Part shown: positions 15,827 to 25,209 of the stretch, piece after piece
How positions within the stretch are numbered: the stretch's first letter is position 1
Layout of the letters: each line of letters opens with the position of its first letter
IMG/VR virus record: IMGVR_UViG_3300031354_000003
Location: 1 to 50,106 of that record
DNA: 50,106 nt
Direction: 5' to 3' (one strand)
From: a virus
Lineage: Duplodnaviria; Caudoviricetes
Notes under the pieces: generated by a model
The model's database searches: none
What the model saw: only the letters and a program-made list of their open reading frames with translations
Told to the model about the DNA's origin: nothing
Position numbers and translations under genes: made by a program

Positions 15827-16861
15827 ATGACCGTCGTAACGACACCCGAAGGATATTTGATTGTTGGCGCGACACTGTTTCGCGACGGAATCTACAACTA
15901 CGGGGCCTATGAGCTACGACGGATGGGCGTGCCCATCGAGGACCGGGTGCCGGATAACGCTATTTATCGCGTATATCGGGACCCGAAAGACATCTTTGAT
16001 GAAGAGTCGTTGAAGACGTTTGAATTGATACCTCTTACGGTCAGACACCCGAAGGGCGGGGTGTCCGCAGAAACTATCCACCGGGATTTCCGCGGCATCG
16101 TCGAGGCGCCGGTTGTTCGAGATGGTGGCAATGCCCGGGCCCAGGTCAGAATCATGCACAAGGACGGCATCGCGGCCTATAAAGCTGGGATGAGACAGCT
16201 GTCGATGGGGTACTCTTCTGTCTTGGACCTCCGGCCCGGGCGGACGCCATCCGGGGATCCGTACGACATCAGACAAACCAAAAACGTAGGTAACCACGCG
16301 GCCATGGTTCCGGCCGGGCGCGCGGGGACCGCAACTTTAGGAGACATACAAATGGCGGATAAAAGCACAGACGTCGTTGATGCGGTCGAGCACGGCAAAG
16401 TCAAGCAACAGCTTGAGGATGCACGGGCCGAAAACGACCGGCTCAAGAAAGAAAATGACCGGCTGGCTGGCAAAGTCGAGGGGCTTAAGGGGTCTCAGCT
16501 CAGTGACGAAGACATCCAGAAGCGGGTCGACGAGGGCGTCAAGCAGGCGCTCGAAGATATGAAAACCCGGGAGACCGTTCTCGAGAGAACCCTCAAGATG
16601 GCCCCCGGATTCAAGGTCCAGGATTCTGACACCGTGCGTAACATCATGGTCGCCGGTATCAACGCCCAGCGGCCGGACCTCAAAATCGAGGACGTGATGA
16701 GCGACGACCGGGTCGCCGGAATCTTCGACGGCATCCAGGTTCGCGAGACCCCTCGTGTTTCCAGTATTTCCGGCGTCCGTATCGGGGCACGCAGAACGCT
16801 TCAAACGCACGCCCAAGACCAGGCACCGACGTTCAGTCGACTGAAATCGTTGGTCCGATAA
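15827..16861 (+). CDS. Prohead protease/scaffold (DUF2213)
   Basis: TPEGYL, PLTVRHP, QLSMGY and NHAAMVPAGRAG, with a coiled-coil C-terminal region. Confidence 0.88.
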   Translation: MTVVTTPEGYLIVGATLFRDGIYNYGAYELRRMGVPIEDRVPDNAIYRVYRDPKDIFDEESLKTFELIPLTVRHPKGGVSAETIHRDFRGIVEAPVVRDGGNARAQVRIMHKDGIAAYKAGMRQLSMGYSSVLDLRPGRTPSGDPYDIRQTKNVGNHAAMVPAGRAGTATLGDIQMADKSTDVVDAVEHGKVKQQLEDARAENDRLKKENDRLAGKVEGLKGSQLSDEDIQKRVDEGVKQALEDMKTRETVLERTLKMAPGFKVQDSDTVRNIMVAGINAQRPDLKIEDVMSDDRVAGIFDGIQVRETPRVSSISGVRIGARRTLQTHAQDQAPTFSRLKSLVR

Positions 16862-16873
16862 AGGAGGCCGAAT

Positions 16874-17398
16874 ATGGCTTACGGAGCATTTCAAACTTCT
16901 GTCACACGCATGGCAACCATGGCGGTAGGCGCTGTACTCGAGCCGCAGTCCGCGTTTATCGACGACAAGAAGGTTGTTGAGACGACGGCCGGTATCGGTG
17001 TCGGTGTCATCGTCTCCCGGGGAACCAATCCCCAAACCCAGGTTGTTGTCGGCGTGAGCACGGTCCCCCTTGGGATTACGTGCCGCTCGGGCGACGTATC
17101 CGGCGCTGTTGGCAGCGAAGCGACCAACCTGCCGGTTTACAAGGTCACGGAAGCGTGTCCGGTCCTCCGCAGCGGGCAGATGCCGGTTTACCTGGCGGCG
17201 GGTACCGGGAGCGGGTCCGCAGGAAGCACTGCGCTGTCAGTGACGGACGCAACCGGTGTCCTGCAACTGGGCGCCGCGTCGCAAGCCGGGGAATCGGACG
17301 TTACAGGGGTCACCCTGGAAACCACAATGACGGGTGCTGGGATTGCCCTGGTGACCGTCGACGCCGACTCGTTCGGTTGCACGGCCTATTCGGCGTAA
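16874..17398 (+). CDS. Capsid decoration/cement protein
   Basis: Gly/Ala/Thr-rich; between protease and capsid genes. Confidence 0.7.
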   Translation: MAYGAFQTSVTRMATMAVGAVLEPQSAFIDDKKVVETTAGIGVGVIVSRGTNPQTQVVVGVSTVPLGITCRSGDVSGAVGSEATNLPVYKVTEACPVLRSGQMPVYLAAGTGSGSAGSTALSVTDATGVLQLGAASQAGESDVTGVTLETTMTGAGIALVTVDADSFGCTAYSA

Positions 17399-17410
17399 GG
17401 AGAAGGGGCA

Positions 17411-18460
17411 ATGATTTTCAAGAAAACACTCACGGACGCCCAGCGTCAAGAGCTCGAGGATGCAAAAGCCTGGCTCGAAGACCAAAGGCAGTCAATCGAC
17501 AGAGATCTCCGTGTGGCGAGCGCCGGGATTACGGACGCCGTATTTGCGGACGCCATCCCCGCGGGGCTGATGGAAAAATCGCTCGAATACGCGGTATCCC
17601 AGGGCATCATCGAGGCTACGACCAGGGTTATCTGGCGCGAAGTGTTCCCGATCGACCGGGACATGCCACGTGGCGCCCGGACGAAAGTTTACACGATCTA
17701 CAGTGGCGCGGGTATGTCAGCGTGGTATCGGTACGACGGGAAGCACCCCAACGTGGCGATTGGGGCCAAGCAGGTTTCAATCACCTTCAAAACGCGGACG
17801 ATTTCGTTCACCCTCGATGCGCTCGAGATGCTGGCCGCCGACTACGCGGGTGTCTCTGTCGAAGCGATGAAGGCCGCTCGGGTTTTCCAGGCATTCGATA
17901 ACGACCTTGAGGACCTGTTCTTCATCGGCGAGACGGCCTCCGGATACGCGGGCCTCATCGACCATCCGAATATCACCCAGGGCGACCTTACTACCGGGGA
18001 TTGGGACTCATACCCGACGACCACCGGGCAGAATATGGTCGACGACGTCAAGGGGATCATCACTGCGATGATTACCGCAAACAAGTCGAGCCAAAAGTTC
18101 CGCGGTCTGATGATTTATGCGATGTGCTCGCCGGAGATCTACAGGCTCGGGACGACGACCATCGCCAACACGGTCACCAATCAAACCGTCGAGCAGGTGC
18201 TTCAACAGACGGACCCGCGGTTCGGCGGCTTTATCGAGAGCCCGATTCATGGTGAGACGGACGGCGGCGCCGGCGACTACATCACGTTCGGGGCTTTCCA
18301 GGACCGCGACAGCATCTGTGTCCCGCTGTCGATGGACGCCGAGCGCCAGGCTCCGGACAACCGCGGCATGTCGGCCGAGCAACCCTTCGCGACGACCTTT
18401 GCGCCGTTGCACGTCAAGGAGCCCCTGCACTTCTACCAGGCGGAGGCCGCGCACAGCTAA
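17411..18460 (+). CDS. Major capsid protein (DUF2184-like)
   Basis: 349 aa; FFIGE...GLIDHPNI; position. Confidence 0.85.
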   Translation: MIFKKTLTDAQRQELEDAKAWLEDQRQSIDRDLRVASAGITDAVFADAIPAGLMEKSLEYAVSQGIIEATTRVIWREVFPIDRDMPRGARTKVYTIYSGAGMSAWYRYDGKHPNVAIGAKQVSITFKTRTISFTLDALEMLAADYAGVSVEAMKAARVFQAFDNDLEDLFFIGETASGYAGLIDHPNITQGDLTTGDWDSYPTTTGQNMVDDVKGIITAMITANKSSQKFRGLMIYAMCSPEIYRLGTTTIANTVTNQTVEQVLQQTDPRFGGFIESPIHGETDGGAGDYITFGAFQDRDSICVPLSMDAERQAPDNRGMSAEQPFATTFAPLHVKEPLHFYQAEAAHS

Positions 18461-18486
18461 AGGCTGCCGAGAAAGGTTTTTGAAAG

Positions 18487-18705
18487 ATGGACATCTTGGT
18501 GAATAACAACTCAAATCGCATCCTCGAAGTCAGGCGGGGGCTGGACCACGCTATCGTCCTGCTCCCCGGAGTCCCGAATCGCGTCGACAAGAAACTTTGG
18601 TCGGCTGCGAAGAAGACCCGCTTCGTCAAGAAACGGCTTGGCTCCGTTCTGACCGAAGGCCCGGACCACGCGACCCCGGACACCGAAACCGGTGTCGAAC
18701 TGTAG
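18487..18705 (+). CDS. Small virion-associated hypothetical protein
   Basis: LLPGVPNRVD motif; follows the capsid gene. Confidence 0.6.
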   Translation: MDILVNNNSNRILEVRRGLDHAIVLLPGVPNRVDKKLWSAAKKTRFVKKRLGSVLTEGPDHATPDTETGVEL

Positions 18706-18708
18706 ACC

Positions 18709-19098
18709 GTGATTACGGCCACCCAGCTCAAGGCCCGGTTCCCGGGCGCCTTTGACTCCCTATCTGACGCTGTGGTTAATGCGTGCATCGCTGAGGCCGC
18801 GGCTACGATACTCGAGGCCACGTGGGGCTCTGACTACGATACCGGCCTCCTGTATCTGACCGCCCACCTCTTGGAGCGAACTGTGCCAAAAGCCGGGAGC
18901 CCTCTCGGCCCGGCCGCGGTATCCGGTCAGCTCAAGCGATGGAAAGCTGGGGACCTTGGGGTTGAGTTTGCTCAGTACGCAACCGGCGGCTCGGGGTTGG
19001 AATCCGATTACCGGTCGACGGCGTACGGCTGCCGGTATCTGGAACTTCGTAGAATCCACCAAGGCGGGCCGCGGGTGCCACATGACTTTTTCACTTGA
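18709..19098 (+). CDS. Head-tail adaptor (DUF4054-like)
   Basis: KARFP, YLTAHLL and STAYGCRYLELRR. Confidence 0.85.
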   Translation: MITATQLKARFPGAFDSLSDAVVNACIAEAAATILEATWGSDYDTGLLYLTAHLLERTVPKAGSPLGPAAVSGQLKRWKAGDLGVEFAQYATGGSGLESDYRSTAYGCRYLELRRIHQGGPRVPHDFFT

Positions 19099-19570
19099 TA
19101 TTTCAACAAAGCACGACTTCAAAAAGGTCGACGACCTGTTGAGGCGGATGAAGGGCTCCCACGTCAAGGTTGGCGTCCTTCGCGGCACCGGGGAACATCC
19201 GAGCGCGGATGGCGGCCAGACTATTGCGGCGATTGCAGCGTGGAATGAGTTTGGAACGGAGACTATACCGGCCCGCCCATTTTTGAGGACCACACTCCGG
19301 GAGAATGGGTACTACAGGCAGGCCTTGCTTGACGCGCTGAAAGCGGGCCTAGTGCATCAAGCAAACATAGGCAGAGCTTTGCAGCTGGTCGGCATTCGTG
19401 CGGCGGCCGACATCCGGAATACAATTGACACAAACGACTTCCCGCCTAACACCCCGGCGACAATCCGCCGGAAATCGACGGACGCGGACAAGGGCAATAA
19501 AGATAAACCGTTGATCGATACCGGTCTCCTTCGGCAGTCCATCCAAAGTGAGCTGGAGCGCTCTACATGA
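19082..19570 (+). CDS. Neck/tail completion protein
   Basis: VKVGV, NEFGTETIPARPFLR and KPLIDTGLLRQSI. Confidence 0.85.
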   Translation: MTFSLDISTKHDFKKVDDLLRRMKGSHVKVGVLRGTGEHPSADGGQTIAAIAAWNEFGTETIPARPFLRTTLRENGYYRQALLDALKAGLVHQANIGRALQLVGIRAAADIRNTIDTNDFPPNTPATIRRKSTDADKGNKDKPLIDTGLLRQSIQSELERST

Positions 19571-19890
19571 GCATGCTTTCCTGGATGCCCACGGTGGCGG
19601 CGTCCTACACGCGGCCGACCGGCGCTTATGTGGACGGCGTGTGGGTTCCGGCGACCGTCACCCCGGTTACGATTTCGATTGTCGAGCCGCAGCGGGACCC
19701 GGGAGAGGAGGGGCAGTATCCGGTTGAAGGGGACCGGGTCTATGCGCACCTTAAAACCTGGACTTCTGCGCGGTTGCAGGTCGATGACGTCCTATCATAT
19801 GGCGGTATCGACTATCGGGTCGTCAAACTCGGCTCTTGGTACACGCAGGCCGGATTTGGAGAGGTTTTCATCAGGGAGATTCAGCCGTGA
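19567..19890 (+). CDS. Head closure protein
   Basis: GAYVDGVWV...YRVV; position. Confidence 0.7.
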   Translation: MSMLSWMPTVAASYTRPTGAYVDGVWVPATVTPVTISIVEPQRDPGEEGQYPVEGDRVYAHLKTWTSARLQVDDVLSYGGIDYRVVKLGSWYTQAGFGEVFIREIQP

Positions 19891-19917
19891 AGGATACGGC
19901 TTTGAAAGGACAGTCAC

Positions 19918-20358
19918 ATGGCTGACAGGACATATGTTGGGTTTCATTGTTTCGTCGAGGATTCTTTTGGGAAGGGTATCCATGCTCTCAGTACCGACAC
20001 AGTCAAGATTGCGTTGAGCAACGTCGCGCCGAATGCGGCGACGGATGCCGTACTCACGGACATCACGGAGATAGCTGCCGGTAATGGGTACACGGCTGGC
20101 GGGGATGCTGTCACGGTTACGTCGGCTACCCAGACAGGCGGTGTTTTCACCATGGTGATTACATCGGACATCGTTCAAGAGGCATCCGGCGGGAGTATCG
20201 GACCCTTCCGTTACCCGGTGGCCTACAACGATACCGCCACGGGCAAAAACCTCATTGGGTATTGGGACATCGGGACCGCGGTCACGCTGGAAACCGGAGA
20301 GCATAACACGCTCGAACTCGCTGGGGAGACGTTGATATCCCTGGCTCAGACGCCGTAA
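19918..20358 (+). CDS. Virion structural protein (fibre-associated family)
   Basis: DTVKIAL...EIAAGNGYTAGG...GPFRY..YNDT...LIGYWD. Confidence 0.7.
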   Translation: MADRTYVGFHCFVEDSFGKGIHALSTDTVKIALSNVAPNAATDAVLTDITEIAAGNGYTAGGDAVTVTSATQTGGVFTMVITSDIVQEASGGSIGPFRYPVAYNDTATGKNLIGYWDIGTAVTLETGEHNTLELAGETLISLAQTP

Positions 20359-20377
20359 GTCCCAAGGAGGCCGCGAT

Positions 20378-20773
20378 ATGATATTTTGCACCCAAATACG
20401 ACGGACGACGGAAAAGAGCAGACTGGCGCCCGTAGTGGTCTCGGTTGACGATGTCCTGGCGCAGTTTGCCGGGCCCCCGACGACCGGGTCGCCGTGCGAC
20501 GTGTTCCAACTTCGGGTACGCGTGCAAGCGGATTCCGATCAGGACGGGGTTCCGGATGACGGCTCCGAGGTGTGGGGCTTCTGGGAGATGGAAAAAATAT
20601 TCTACGCCAGCACATCACAGCGAGCGGTCGTTGACGCCAGGCTCAGAGGCGCCGGAAACCTGATGGCCGGAATCCGGACATTTTTCAAGGCTAGGGTCCG
20701 GGAACATAACGAATCGATGTCTCCTGGGGACACTCAGGAGACCTATACCGACATAGATACGGACGCCGCCTAG
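20378..20773 (+). CDS. Hypothetical structural protein
   Basis: AAGGAGG RBS, 131 aa. Confidence 0.6.
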   Translation: MIFCTQIRRTTEKSRLAPVVVSVDDVLAQFAGPPTTGSPCDVFQLRVRVQADSDQDGVPDDGSEVWGFWEMEKIFYASTSQRAVVDARLRGAGNLMAGIRTFFKARVREHNESMSPGDTQETYTDIDTDAA

Positions 20774-20781
20774 GGGCATCA

Positions 20782-22551
20782 ATGGCGGGGTTTCGCATAC
20801 AGTGCACGACAACGACGCCGGGCGAGACTGTCACCCTTCCGACAGTCTCCGGGTACACTTACGACGCCATCGTATACTGGGGTGACGGTAACCAGAGTAC
20901 GATAACCGCCTATAACGACCCAGATATAACTCACCTTTACGCTTCGACGGGGGACCATGTATTAGAGATCATGGGCAGCTTTCCCGCGTGGTCCGTCAAC
21001 AATACGCATTCGAGCAAACTCCAATGGACGGGTATCGTGTACTGGGGGGACTCCGCTGACTTCGATGGATGGCAATACTTGTACGGCGGGTGGAATGGGT
21101 GCTCTAATTTAGCCTCTCTCGGCACCGGAAAAATTATTAGCGACGGATTGTCTAGCTTATACAGGACGTTCCGATTGACGGGCATAGCATCCATCCAGTC
21201 AGATATTTTTGATAACTGCGTAAACGCCACGAACGCTTATTCTGTTTTAAACTCATGCCCAAATCTTGGATCGATTCCCGACGGGCTTTTAAAGCCGCTT
21301 ATCGGCTGCGATTATTTTGCCTACGCATTCACCAATTGCACGTTGGCTAGGATTAACCCGTGGGTGTTTTATGACGACGGTGACCAGGGGGCTAGATTCC
21401 TAAATAAGAGCCCAAACTTTGACAGCATCTTCAGCGGCACCGGAACAAGCTTGTCGGATAACACCATCCCGGATTTATGGACCTGCGATTACGGGTCCGG
21501 GACTCCGTCCCACGCAGCGTGGATAACCGGGCACAGCGCCAGTACTTTGACGAACTATAATTTCATCCCCGTTTCGTGGGGCGGCACCGCTTTCAGCCCG
21601 TCGATTAAACCATTGACCGGTTCCTACGTTTACGACGGGCTGGACGTCGGTCAATCGAGAGACTTCCTCAGCAAGCTGTCGACCGGGTCCTATGTCTACG
21701 ATGGGCTGGACGTCGGGCAGTCGAGAGACTTCCTCAGCAAGCTGTTGACCGGTTCCTACGTTTACGACGGTCTGGATGTCGGTCAATCGAGAGACTTCAT
21801 CAGCAAGCTGCTGACTGGTTCCTATGTTTACGATGGGTTGGATGTAGGTCAATCGAGAGATTTTATCAGCAAGCTGCTGACCGGTTCCTACGTCTACGAC
21901 GGCCTGGATGTCGGGCAGTCAAGAGACTTCATCAGCAAGCTGCTGGCCGGTTCCTATGTCTACGACGGGTTGGATGTCAACATCATAACGCCAACGCGGG
22001 GTCTCGGGCCGGGAAACTATTTGTACTCCGGCCTGGCTCTCGGAGTCACGTCGCCCTACCATCCTATGACGGCTATCGTGTCCTGGATTCAAGGTATTGT
22101 CGGCTCTGGCATCCCGGTAATACTTGCGGACCAAAATGCGCCGGTGCCGACGGGAGCCTATCTGTCGGTGAGATTTGTGACGCAGACCAGCACCCCGGAC
22201 AAGATTGCTGACCGCAGGCGGTCCGGGTCCGTTATTCGATACCATATGGAAAGCACGGACATCTTGGGCGTTGACGTCAAAGCGTTTGTGGCATCCGGGG
22301 CGACCTTACTCCGTCAGATAGAGCTCGGAGCTAGCGACCCGCACTCCCGAGGCGTCCCGGCGCTGATTGACTGCGGGCCTATTTATGGCCCCGCGTTTTT
22401 CAACGACACGCACTACCGGCCGATGTACCACTGCGAGTTCCGATTCCGGGTGCCGGCATCCTTGGACACCGTCGGATCGCGAGTACAGACACTGGGGCTG
22501 GGTGGGGATGTCGACAGCCTGGAACCGGCGGTTGAAGAAACTTTTGAGTAG
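20782..22551 (+). CDS. Fibre-like protein (PKD/BspA-like head + 22-aa repeats) fused to a tail terminator domain
   Basis: VYWGDG...ITHLY, LRR-like stretch, repeats, then WIQG...VILADQNAPVP..YLSV directly upstream of the sheath. Confidence 0.7.
   Translation: MAGFRIQCTTTTPGETVTLPTVSGYTYDAIVYWGDGNQSTITAYNDPDITHLYASTGDHVLEIMGSFPAWSVNNTHSSKLQWTGIVYWGDSADFDGWQYLYGGWNGCSNLASLGTGKIISDGLSSLYRTFRLTGIASIQSDIFDNCVNATNAYSVLNSCPNLGSIPDGLLKPLIGCDYFAYAFTNCTLARINPWVFYDDGDQGARFLNKSPNFDSIFSGTGTSLSDNTIPDLWTCDYGSGTPSHAAWITGHSASTLTNYNFIPVSWGGTAFSPSIKPLTGSYVYDGLDVGQSRDFLSKLSTGSYVYDGLDVGQSRDFLSKLLTGSYVYDGLDVGQSRDFISKLLTGSYVYDGLDVGQSRDFISKLLTGSYVYDGLDVGQSRDFISKLLAGSYVYDGLDVNIITPTRGLGPGNYLYSGLALGVTSPYHPMTAIVSWIQGIVGSGIPVILADQNAPVPTGAYLSVRFVTQTSTPDKIADRRRSGSVIRYHMESTDILGVDVKAFVASGATLLRQIELGASDPHSRGVPALIDCGPIYGPAFFNDTHYRPMYHCEFRFRVPASLDTVGSRVQTLGLGGDVDSLEPAVEETFE
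21616..21978 (+). repeat. 66-bp coding tandem repeat (5 full + 1 partial), TGSYVYDGLDVGQSRDF(L/I)SKL(S/L)
   Basis: Units start at 21616, 21682, 21748, 21814, 21880 and 21946; differences are mostly synonymous. Confidence 0.95.
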
Positions 22552-22557
22552 CGAAAC

Positions 22558-22586
22558 ATGACAGTATACATGAAACATGATACCAT
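22558..22586 (+). promoter_or_regulatory. Candidate promoter for the tail operon (ATGACA-17-TACCAT)
   Basis: AT-rich gap before the sheath; overlaps the direct repeat GAAACATGA x2. Confidence 0.4.
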
Positions 22587-22607
22587 TTTAGGCAGAAGGG
22601 AGAACAT

Positions 22608-24059
22608 ATGATTCCCGACATTTTTTACAACGTAAACGTCAACCTGAATGTGACGTATCCGGCGGTGCCGTCGTACGGAACCGGAATGTCATTTGTCGAC
22701 CATGCGGATATCCCGATTTACGACCGGGTGCGGGTGGTTGATTTTGATGGTGTCAGCGACCTCACTGCGGGTGGCGCTGCCCATACCATGGCCACCGCTT
22801 TTTACGGACAGGAGGAAAAAGCCGAAAGGCTTTACCTCGTGCGGAATCCGCGAACCGCTATCCCGCCGGCGTTTATCTGCGGCACTTACACGACCACGCC
22901 AGCGACGTGGGCGGCTCTCGGCACCGGGACGACGTTCACCGTTACTGACAGCAGTTCAAACAGCACCGTCGTGACCCTCGGCGACCTTTCCGGCGTAACG
23001 GCGTTTTCCCAGGTGCTCACCGTCTTGAATGCCGGTCTCGCGGCTCTCGTAACCCCGGATGTTGTTGGGCTCGATGACGCTACTTTCGGCCTCGACATCA
23101 ACGGCGACCTCGTGCTGACGATGCCCGCCGGGCAGGATGATACAGACCCGACAATCGCTATCACCCCGAGCGCCGTCAACACGACCCCCACGTATCACAT
23201 GGGAGTCCAGGCCGCCGGCGACGGGACCTCGGTATCGGGTAACGCGGTAGAGACTCTGTTGGAGTCCTACACGGCGGCAAAGCTGCTGTATCGCGGATAC
23301 AACCTGAGCACCGAGCTCCGCGGTGGGACGGACGATGACATCGATAACGAGATGATCGCGTTGGCCGCCCAGGTCCAGACCGAGCGCGCGCAAACTACTT
23401 TCGTCGACCAATCCTCGGATGCCATCAACCCGGCTGTTGCGACGGACCTGCACAGCCGCCTCAAGGCTCTCGGATACGACCAATCTACGGTCATCTACAC
23501 CACACAAAGCGATTACCCGGACCTCTGCGCTGACGGAGCCTGGCTCCCGGCCGACGCGGGGAGCCGATCATTCGGTCATACAAAGCTCACCGGGTGCCTG
23601 GCGTCCGGTGACGAGGGGGCCGAAAACGACCTCTCCACGAGTGATCGAACGGCGCTTGAGGACAAGGGCTGCAACTACGTTGTGCTCACCACAGCCGGCA
23701 ACCTGTTCGTCCATCGCGGGAACACGGTAACCGGCATTAATAAGCGCTTGATTCGATTTGTCCATTGGTTCGAGGCAGCCATCCAGGCTGACCTCGAGGC
23801 GCTGGATATGAGCGAAGACGTCCTTGGGTTTGATGCGCCGACCTTGGGCGCGATCAACGGAATCCTGGAAACCCGGCTGCGAGAAGGCGTCGAGGATCGC
23901 AAGGCGCTCATCAGTTATGAAATCACCTTGCCGACGGTAGATGATTTCACGGCATCGGACATCGCATCCGGCGATATGTCGATTTCGAAAGCATTCCGCG
24001 CCGTCGGCCGGATTGAAGCCCAAACGTTCCGCCTGGTCGGAAATATTGGCCTGAAATAG
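22608..24059 (+). CDS. Tail sheath protein (DUF3383-like)
   Basis: 483 aa, AFYGQ, KGCNYV, WFEAAIQ; followed by tube and baseplate J genes. Confidence 0.8.
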   Translation: MIPDIFYNVNVNLNVTYPAVPSYGTGMSFVDHADIPIYDRVRVVDFDGVSDLTAGGAAHTMATAFYGQEEKAERLYLVRNPRTAIPPAFICGTYTTTPATWAALGTGTTFTVTDSSSNSTVVTLGDLSGVTAFSQVLTVLNAGLAALVTPDVVGLDDATFGLDINGDLVLTMPAGQDDTDPTIAITPSAVNTTPTYHMGVQAAGDGTSVSGNAVETLLESYTAAKLLYRGYNLSTELRGGTDDDIDNEMIALAAQVQTERAQTTFVDQSSDAINPAVATDLHSRLKALGYDQSTVIYTTQSDYPDLCADGAWLPADAGSRSFGHTKLTGCLASGDEGAENDLSTSDRTALEDKGCNYVVLTTAGNLFVHRGNTVTGINKRLIRFVHWFEAAIQADLEALDMSEDVLGFDAPTLGAINGILETRLREGVEDRKALISYEITLPTVDDFTASDIASGDMSISKAFRAVGRIEAQTFRLVGNIGLK

Positions 24060-24070
24060 GAGGCTGAAAG

Positions 24071-24514
24071 ATGAAACAGAAATGGCGTGGTTCCGACCTC
24101 ACAGCACAGCTGCTGTTCAGCACTGGGCCTGCCCCGCTCCGCAACCTGGCGGACGTCGACGATGCCTTGGTGGTGACGTTTAAAAACCCACGAGCGATGG
24201 AGCCTAAAAACGACCTTAACGGGGTCGGCGGCGTGCATGTGATCAACGAGGAGAGCAACATCTCAATTCAGCTCCGTTTTGAGGCCGGCGCAACGGCATC
24301 TATTGCCATTCTTAACGGCATGCTGGCACTGAAATCTCAAGCGCGGACATTTACTGCCCAAAACCAGGGGTCGAATTTCATGCGGGTTGTGGCCGAAAAC
24401 GTCGTGGTTGAGGATTCCGGTCCTTGGGGCGGCGGCAAGAACCCTTCTCAGACCCAGTTCACACTGTCCGCAATCCGCGGTACGATTACGTACGGTGGGC
24501 AGCGGGACATTTAG
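24071..24514 (+). CDS. Tail tube protein
   Basis: 147 aa directly after the sheath. Confidence 0.7.
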   Translation: MKQKWRGSDLTAQLLFSTGPAPLRNLADVDDALVVTFKNPRAMEPKNDLNGVGGVHVINEESNISIQLRFEAGATASIAILNGMLALKSQARTFTAQNQGSNFMRVVAENVVVEDSGPWGGGKNPSQTQFTLSAIRGTITYGGQRDI

Positions 24515-24523
24515 AGGTGACAG

Positions 24524-25039
24524 ATGGGAGCTTACTCCCGAACGATAAAAGGCATTGACGGTATCGAGCGGACATACACGTTTAAACCGCTTGATGTCGA
24601 GGCGGCCATTGACCTCGAGGATGAGCTGTGGCGTACGGTCGCCGAGTTCATCAGCGCGACGGGGCCGGAAGCCGCGTCCGTATTTGGGGACGCCTCTGAC
24701 AGCGACTCGCTTCGGGCAGGCATGTCAGCGCTCTCAAGCGTCCCGACAGCCGTCTTCCGGGCGCTACCCAAGGAACGACTTCGACAGATGTCCAAGAAGT
24801 TGCTCGCCGGGTGTCAAATCAACGCACCGGATGGCAGCTTGTTCACGCTCAGCGACGGTTGGTCGGATGAGTATATGGTTGGTCGGTGGCCGGAGCGTAT
24901 AAGCGCGTTGGTCGAGGCGATTGACGTATCGTTCCCCGGGTATTTTTCCAAGGCTCAGACGTTCGTAAAAGATTTCGTCAAAAGTCGTCTGAGCCAAATT
25001 TTCTCGAGGGCGAAGACCACCGCGTCTCAAACGGAATGA
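24524..25039 (+). CDS. Tail assembly chaperone
   Basis: Between tube and tape measure genes. Confidence 0.7.
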   Translation: MGAYSRTIKGIDGIERTYTFKPLDVEAAIDLEDELWRTVAEFISATGPEAASVFGDASDSDSLRAGMSALSSVPTAVFRALPKERLRQMSKKLLAGCQINAPDGSLFTLSDGWSDEYMVGRWPERISALVEAIDVSFPGYFSKAQTFVKDFVKSRLSQIFSRAKTTASQTE

Positions 25040-25209
25040 TTCGGGTGGTCGCCGTGGCACGCTTCTGCAACACGGACCCGGTTGCCGTGCTCCGATGGCC
25101 GAACCCCGCGTTCTTAGACGTCCAAGAAGTGATGGAGATGACTGGCGAGGCCGAGGAACGGCGAGAAGCTTGGGTCCGGCAGAGGGAGTCCAATGGCGAC
25201 GGTTATTGA
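25036..25209 (+). CDS. Second tail chaperone ORF (G-T type; -1 frame)
   Basis: MIRVVAVARFCNTDPVAVLRWP...; its frame is open from about 24925. Confidence 0.55.
   Translation: MIRVVAVARFCNTDPVAVLRWPNPAFLDVQEVMEMTGEAEERREAWVRQRESNGDGY

Noticed and set aside
21616-21978. Possible CRISPR array
   Set aside because: Contiguous 66-bp units with no unique spacers, in frame, with synonymous variation.
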